Positions 46,460 through 52,569 of a DNA stretch of 52,569 nucleotides are shown piece after piece. This DNA comes from Candidatus Omnitrophota bacterium (lineage in GTDB: Bacteria; Omnitrophota; Gorgyraeia; Gygaellales; Profunditerraquicolaceae). Position 1 is the stretch's first letter, and each line of letters opens with the position of its first letter. The notes beneath the pieces were generated by a model, which was given only the letters and a program-made list of their open reading frames with translations, did not search any database and was not told the DNA's origin. The stretch spans positions 1 to 52,569 of the forward strand of contig JBEKSD010000013.1 in assembly GCA_049517335.1 (NCBI GenBank), read 5' to 3'. Made by a program: the position numbers and the translations under genes.

Positions 46460-47455
46460 ATGTCTGAATTAAGAAGGGATCCTATCGGCGGAAGGTGGGT
46501 AATAGTTGAGACTGACCATCCGAGCGCGCCGGAAGATTACGACTTCGAGCCCCATATATATAAGAATGAGGTCTGTCCTTTCTGTTACGGAAATGAGGCT
46601 ATGACGCCGCCGGAAATTGACGTAATCCGCGAAAACGGAACATATCCCAATACTCCCGGATGGCAGGTGCGCGTTGTTGCCAATAAGTTCCCGGCATTAC
46701 AGATAGAAGGGGACTTGGACAGGCGCGGGATAGGCATGTATGATATATCGGGAGGCGTGGGCGCCCATGAAGTTATTGTTGAGACGCCGTACCATAATAA
46801 AGATATATATGAATTGACGGATCAGGAAATCGTAGATTTCATAAGTATATATTGCCGGAGATCGCTTGATTTAGCAAAAGATAAACGTTTTAAATATATA
46901 ATGATTTTTAAAAACTTTGGGGCGCCAGCCGGAGCTTCGCTTGAACATCCGCATACGCAGCTTATAGCGCTTCCTATGGTGCCGAAGAACGTCACGGAAG
47001 AAATTAAGGGCGCGCATAGTTATTTTGAATACCGCGAACGCTGCCTCTTTTGTGACATTATCCGGCAGGAGAGCCAGGAGAAAGAACGGTTGGTCCTTGA
47101 GAATCAGGATTTTTTATCGTTTTGCCCGTTTGTCTCGCGTTTTCCTTTTGAAATCTGGATTATGCCCAAGAAGCACAACGGCCATTTTTGCTCTATTTCG
47201 CCAGATGAAATAAAATCTCTCGGTTCGATTCTAAAAGAAACCATTACCCGGTTAAAAAATATCTTTCCAAACCTTTCTTATAATTATATAATACATAGTT
47301 TACCGATTAACAGTGACGGCGGTTTAGAAGGTTATCATTGGCACATTGAATTTATGCCCAAATTAACCCGGGTTGCAGGGTTTGAATGGGGTTCGGGTTT
47401 CTACGTTGTAGCCACTCCACCTGAATTAGCCGCAGAACGTTTAAGAAAAACATAA
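46460..47455 (+). CDS. galT: GalT-family nucleotidyltransferase, copy 2
   Basis: ELRRDP, CPFC, NKFPAL, AGASLEHPHTQ intact, HWHIE, AGFEWG. Confidence 0.9.
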   Translation: MSELRRDPIGGRWVIVETDHPSAPEDYDFEPHIYKNEVCPFCYGNEAMTPPEIDVIRENGTYPNTPGWQVRVVANKFPALQIEGDLDRRGIGMYDISGGVGAHEVIVETPYHNKDIYELTDQEIVDFISIYCRRSLDLAKDKRFKYIMIFKNFGAPAGASLEHPHTQLIALPMVPKNVTEEIKGAHSYFEYRERCLFCDIIRQESQEKERLVLENQDFLSFCPFVSRFPFEIWIMPKKHNGHFCSISPDEIKSLGSILKETITRLKNIFPNLSYNYIIHSLPINSDGGLEGYHWHIEFMPKLTRVAGFEWGSGFYVVATPPELAAERLRKT

Positions 47456-47473
47456 TTTATTAAAATACAATAA

Positions 47474-48544
<1,071 letters not shown>

Positions 48545-48553
48545 GAAAGAAGA

Positions 48554-49735
48554 ATGGCGAAGCTAACCTTAAAAGATATTGATCTGAAAAATAAGACCGT
48601 ATTGGTACGCGCGGATTTTAACGTCCCGCAGGACGCAAACCTCAATATTACCGATGATACGAGGATTCGTGCAACATTACCTACCATAAAATATATTCTG
48701 GAACACGGCTCCAAGAGAATAATTTTGATGAGTCATTTAGGAAGGCCTGAGGGCAAGCGTGTAGATAAATACAGTTTAAAGCCCATAGCAGAGCATTTAT
48801 CTAAGTTACTGGGAGAGCCGGTAAAGTTCCTTGATGATTGCGTAGGCGAAGCCATTAAGAAAGAAATTAATTCGGCGAAAGAACGCGTTGTTTTGTTAGA
48901 AAACTTAAGGTTCCATGCGGAAGAAGAGGCGAATGATGCTAATTTTTCCAAGCAGCTTGCTTCGCTTGCCGATATTTTTGTCAATGATGCATTCGGGACC
49001 GCGCACCGCGCGCACGCATCAACCGAAGGGGTAACCCATTACCTTAAGTCGGCAGCAGGTTTTCTTCTGGAGAAAGAAATTAAATACTTAGGGGATGTGG
49101 TCAGTAACCCGCAGAAGCCGTTTATGGTTATTTTGGGCGGCGCTAAGGTATCGGATAAGATCGGCGTGATTGACAACCTGCTTCCGAAATGCGATTGCAT
49201 TATTATCGGCGGCGGAATGAGTTATACTTTTCTTAAAGCTCAAGGAAAACAAATTGGAAATTCAAAGTTAGAAAAAGATAAGATAGCCCTGGCAGAATCC
49301 ATACTTACGAAAGCTGTAGCCTTAAAGAAGGAGATACTCCTTCCGGTTGACCACATAGTGGTTGATAATATTGACGCGAAGGCTAAGACGGAGGTTACTG
49401 GCGTTGATATCCCCGAGGGTAAGATTGCCGTTGATATCGGGCCAAAGACGATTAAATTATTTGAAGACAGATTGGCAAAAGCTAAAACCGTTGTCTGGAA
49501 CGGGCCTTTGGGTATTTTTGAGATGGATGCATTCAGCCGCGGAACTCAAGAGATAGCAAAATTTCTATCTAATCTGAAAGCTGTAACAATTTTAGGCGGC
49601 GGGGATACTGCTGCGGCAGCGGCTAAATTCAACTTAGAAGACAAGATGACGCATATTTCTACCGGTGGCGGCGCCAGCCTTGAATATCTGGAGGGAAAAA
49701 CGCTTCCCGGTGTAGCTGCTTTGACGGAGAAATAG
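48554..49735 (+). CDS. pgk: Phosphoglycerate kinase
   Basis: [42 protein letters not shown]. Confidence 0.97.
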   Translation: MAKLTLKDIDLKNKTVLVRADFNVPQDANLNITDDTRIRATLPTIKYILEHGSKRIILMSHLGRPEGKRVDKYSLKPIAEHLSKLLGEPVKFLDDCVGEAIKKEINSAKERVVLLENLRFHAEEEANDANFSKQLASLADIFVNDAFGTAHRAHASTEGVTHYLKSAAGFLLEKEIKYLGDVVSNPQKPFMVILGGAKVSDKIGVIDNLLPKCDCIIIGGGMSYTFLKAQGKQIGNSKLEKDKIALAESILTKAVALKKEILLPVDHIVVDNIDAKAKTEVTGVDIPEGKIAVDIGPKTIKLFEDRLAKAKTVVWNGPLGIFEMDAFSRGTQEIAKFLSNLKAVTILGGGDTAAAAAKFNLEDKMTHISTGGGASLEYLEGKTLPGVAALTEK

Positions 49736-49736
49736 A

Positions 49737-50504
49737 ATGAGGAAAATCATCATTACCGGAAACTGGAAGATGTATAAAACTATTCCCGAAGCTATTGAAC
49801 TTGCTAATGGCCTAAAACGCGAGTTGCTAGATAATTTAAAGGTTGATGTTGTACTTTGTCCGCCGGCTACAGCTTTAAGTGAAGTATCGGAAATTATCTC
49901 AGATACGGATATCGGTTTGGGAGGACAGGATCTTTATTGGCAGGATGAAGGTGCATTTACCGGAGAGGTATCGGGTAAGATGCTTAAGGATGCAGGATGT
50001 AAGTACGTAATCATAGGTCACTCTGAACGCAGGCAGTTTTTTAATGAGACCAATGAAACGGTAAATAAAAAAATAAAAGCCGCGCTTAAATATGAATTAA
50101 CTCCCATTGTCTGCGTCGGAGAAATGCTGGCGGAAAGGGAAACGGGGAAGACTTTCGTAGTTTTAGAGGACCATATGAAAGGCGCGTTCAGGGATTTAAG
50201 CGAAGAAGAAGCTGAAAAGGTCATTGTCGCTTATGAGCCGGTCTGGGCAATTGGCACAGGAAAGACCGCGACCCCGGAACAGGCGCAGGAAGCGCATAAA
50301 TACATCCGGGCCCTCATTAAAAAATTATATAGTGAAGATTTGGCTAACATTATCCGCATTCAATACGGCGGAAGCGTTAAACCGGAGAATACTTTAGAGT
50401 TAATGAAACAGCCTGATGTTGACGGCGCCCTTGTGGGAGGAGCAAGTCTTAAGGTTGAGTCATTTACGGAAATCGTAAAGAAAGCAAGCGAGGTATCAAA
50501 ATGA
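49737..50504 (+). CDS. tpiA: Triosephosphate isomerase
   Basis: [34 protein letters not shown]. Confidence 0.97.
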   Translation: MRKIIITGNWKMYKTIPEAIELANGLKRELLDNLKVDVVLCPPATALSEVSEIISDTDIGLGGQDLYWQDEGAFTGEVSGKMLKDAGCKYVIIGHSERRQFFNETNETVNKKIKAALKYELTPIVCVGEMLAERETGKTFVVLEDHMKGAFRDLSEEEAEKVIVAYEPVWAIGTGKTATPEQAQEAHKYIRALIKKLYSEDLANIIRIQYGGSVKPENTLELMKQPDVDGALVGGASLKVESFTEIVKKASEVSK

Positions 50505-50848
50505 TGATGTTCATAATTGTTATTCATGTGATTGTTTGTATAGCTTTAATTGCCCTTGTGTTAATTCAAAGAGGAAGAGGCGGTGGGCTGGTAGAGAGTT
50601 TTCAGGGGGTTGAGTCTATGTTTGGTACCAAGACCAATACCTTTTTAACCCGCTCAACGACAGTCCTTTCAATAGTGTTCTTTTTTACCTGTTTAAGCCT
50701 TGCTTTTTTATCGGTTAAGCAAAGCAAGTCTTTGCTAAGCACAGTTAAAGTAAATACCACTACGGTCCCAGTCCAGCCTGCGGAACCGCAAAAGCAGGCA
50801 GCCAGTGAAACGCCTAAAGCCCAAGAGCAGCAGCTTCCGCAAAAATAA
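50501..50848 (+). CDS. secG: Preprotein translocase subunit SecG
   Basis: TM-VLIQRGRGGGL...FG....FLTRST-TM; conserved position after tpiA. Confidence 0.93.
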   Translation: MMMFIIVIHVIVCIALIALVLIQRGRGGGLVESFQGVESMFGTKTNTFLTRSTTVLSIVFFFTCLSLAFLSVKQSKSLLSTVKVNTTTVPVQPAEPQKQAASETPKAQEQQLPQK

Positions 50849-52004
50849 TTGGCAAAAAAATTTAACATATTCTGGGTTTTTGCTTTAAGCAGCGCCGTTT
50901 ATTTTACCCAAGGCATAGAAGCTCTCCCTTCCCAGGGCTTATTCTATTACCTAAAAGATACCCTTCATTTTTCCCCTGAAAAAATAATGGTGATTTCCAG
51001 CATCACCACTTTTGCTTGGCTAGTTAAACCGCTAATCGGCTACTTAATTGATAATTTCCTGAATAAAAAGGTCTGGATTTATATTTCCCTCTTTCTTGAC
51101 ATTGTTCTGGTTTTGGCATTAGGATTACTCTCGCTTCCGCTTGCACTGTTGATAATGTTCTTAATTATGAATTCCACCGATGCTGCGTTCCGGGATGTTG
51201 CGGTTGACGGGATTATATGTGTTGAGGGCAAGAATTATAATGCCACCGGCCGTATTCAAAGCGTGCAATGGATATCTATATCTATAGCCGGATTGCTTAC
51301 CGGTATATTAGGGGGCTATATCGCCCAGTTTTTCGGCTATAAGGCGGCATTTCTTTGTTTAATGCCAGTTTATATTCTCGTGGCAATCCCAGCTATTTTT
51401 TATAAAGAAGCAGATGCTCCCGTAATCGGGCCGCGTTCCAGTCTAGCTTCGGACTTAAAGAAATTATTCTCCCATAAGAAACTCCTCGTTGTAGGCTTGT
51501 TTATTTTTCTCTATAAATACTCGCCGTCATTCGGCACTCCGTTATTTTTTATCCAAAGAGACGTCTTCGGCTGGAGTAAAATCTGGATAGGTGCCTTGGC
51601 TACTATAAGCACCGTCTTTGCGATTATCGGCTCTTTACTATATTATAAGTTTAGTACGAGAATCAATATAAAAAAATGGTTATTTTTTTTCCGTTTTCCT
51701 CGGCGCCGCCACTACATTATTTTATCTCTATTACACTCCCTTCACTGCGGTAATTTACGAAATTGTTTTTAGCCTGGTAGGTATGTTTATTTTTCTGATG
51801 CTTATGGATTTTATGGCGCGTAGTTCTATAAACGGGCTAGAAGCAACTTCTTTTGCCTTGTTATGCTCTATCAGCAATTTAGCCTTAGTAACGAGTAACT
51901 TATCCGGCGCGTTCCTGCTTCCTGTTGTGGGACTAAAGTGGTTAATAATTCTCTCTTCCTTAACTAGCTTCCTCTGCTTACCGTTAATCAATAAAATAGG
52001 TTAA
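50849..52004 (+). pseudogene. BT1/folate-biopterin-type MFS transporter, +1 frameshift in a T8 run (51683-51690)
   Basis: W.VKPLIG...D, DVAVDG, GRIQS..W; removing one T joins the two ORFs (WLFFSVFLGAATTLF...GMFIFL...GLEATSFALL). Confidence 0.8.
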
Positions 52005-52025
52005 TGGGTAATCTGTTTAGAAAAC

Positions 52026-52054
52026 TTGACAAAAGCAGTTATTTAAGTTACAAT
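52026..52054 (+). promoter_or_regulatory. Sigma70 promoter of fur-feoB
   Basis: TTGACA (52026-31), 17 bp, TACAAT (52049-54). Confidence 0.75.
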
Positions 52055-52070
52055 TGAAAATGATTTTCAA
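52054..52070. promoter_or_regulatory. Fur-box-like operator
   Basis: Perfect 8-1-8 inverted repeat TTGAAAAT-G-ATTTTCAA over the predicted transcription start. Confidence 0.75.
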
Positions 52071-52080
52071 CAAGAATGCG

Positions 52081-52548
52081 ATGAAAAAAGAATTAGAGGT
52101 TTTAGACAGTTATATCAGGGAAAAGGGCTTAAGGCGCACCTCGCAGAGGGAGAAGGTGCTGGCTATATTTTTGGCTACGGAAAAACATATCTCCGTTGAA
52201 GAGCTTTACAGGCTGGTCAGGAAGAAGCATCCGGATATAGGTTATACTACGGTTTACCGGACTATGAAACTGTGTTCCGAAACCGGGCTCTGCGACAGGG
52301 CCGATTTCGGGGACGGGGTGTCAAGGTTTGAGCATAAGTTCGGGCACAATCACCATGATCATTTAATTTGCATAAAGTGTGGAGGATTAATAGAAGCTTT
52401 GGATCCTGAAATTGAGAAGCTTCAGGAGCGGATGGTCAAAAAGTATAATTTTATTTCTCTAAGGCACACCCTTGAAATATTCGGAATATGTAAGAAATGC
52501 AGGATGAGATTAAGGAGCGATGCGGATAAATGCGTAAAATTGCGATAG
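52081..52548 (+). CDS. fur: Fur-family transcriptional repressor
   Basis: GLRRTSQR, HISVEELY, TTVYRT, HHDHLICIKC, C-terminal CKKC; the earlier starts lie inside the promoter/operator. Confidence 0.92.
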   Translation: MKKELEVLDSYIREKGLRRTSQREKVLAIFLATEKHISVEELYRLVRKKHPDIGYTTVYRTMKLCSETGLCDRADFGDGVSRFEHKFGHNHHDHLICIKCGGLIEALDPEIEKLQERMVKKYNFISLRHTLEIFGICKKCRMRLRSDADKCVKLR

Positions 52549-52569
52549 TAGGTTCTCCGAATGTAGGAA
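52530..52569 (+). CDS. feoB: FeoB-type GTPase N-terminus (partial, runs off the window)
   Basis: MRKIAIVGSPNVG(K) G1 motif directly after fur and a Fur box. Confidence 0.65.
   Translation, partial: MRKIAIVGSPNVG

Overview
A low-GC bacterial window in which every intact gene lies on the + strand. Roughly 1-41.7 kb is a large, mosaic LPS/O-antigen and surface-glycan locus: Wzx, a Wzy-like polymerase, two O-antigen ligases, about ten GT2s, two GT9s, a GT-C, WbpM with a phosphoglycosyl transferase, ManC, GmhB, a DegT-type aminotransferase, a sugar C-methyltransferase, a B12 radical-SAM enzyme, and rfbF/G/H followed by TPP, NeuB-like, HAD and MBL enzymes. Housekeeping genes follow: priA, fmt, a polysaccharide deacetylase, two galT-family genes, gap-pgk-tpiA-secG, a BT1-type MFS, fur and the start of feoB. 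The most striking feature is a ~3 kb cassette (XRE regulator with its own consensus promoter, phage terminase large subunit, HTH protein, decayed HTH gene) with no portal, capsid or integrase. It sits between the N- and C-terminal remnants of a WbpV-like sugar reductase gene that the ORF track misses. The second is a gene set that could build a C4-branched higher-carbon 3,6-dideoxy sugar, but its rfbH has an in-frame TGA. The locus carries many deletion scars, frameshifts and an orphan IS200/IS605-like end. Gene style suggests an Omnitrophota-like organism (unverified impression). All calls come from reading motifs by eye; no database searches were run.
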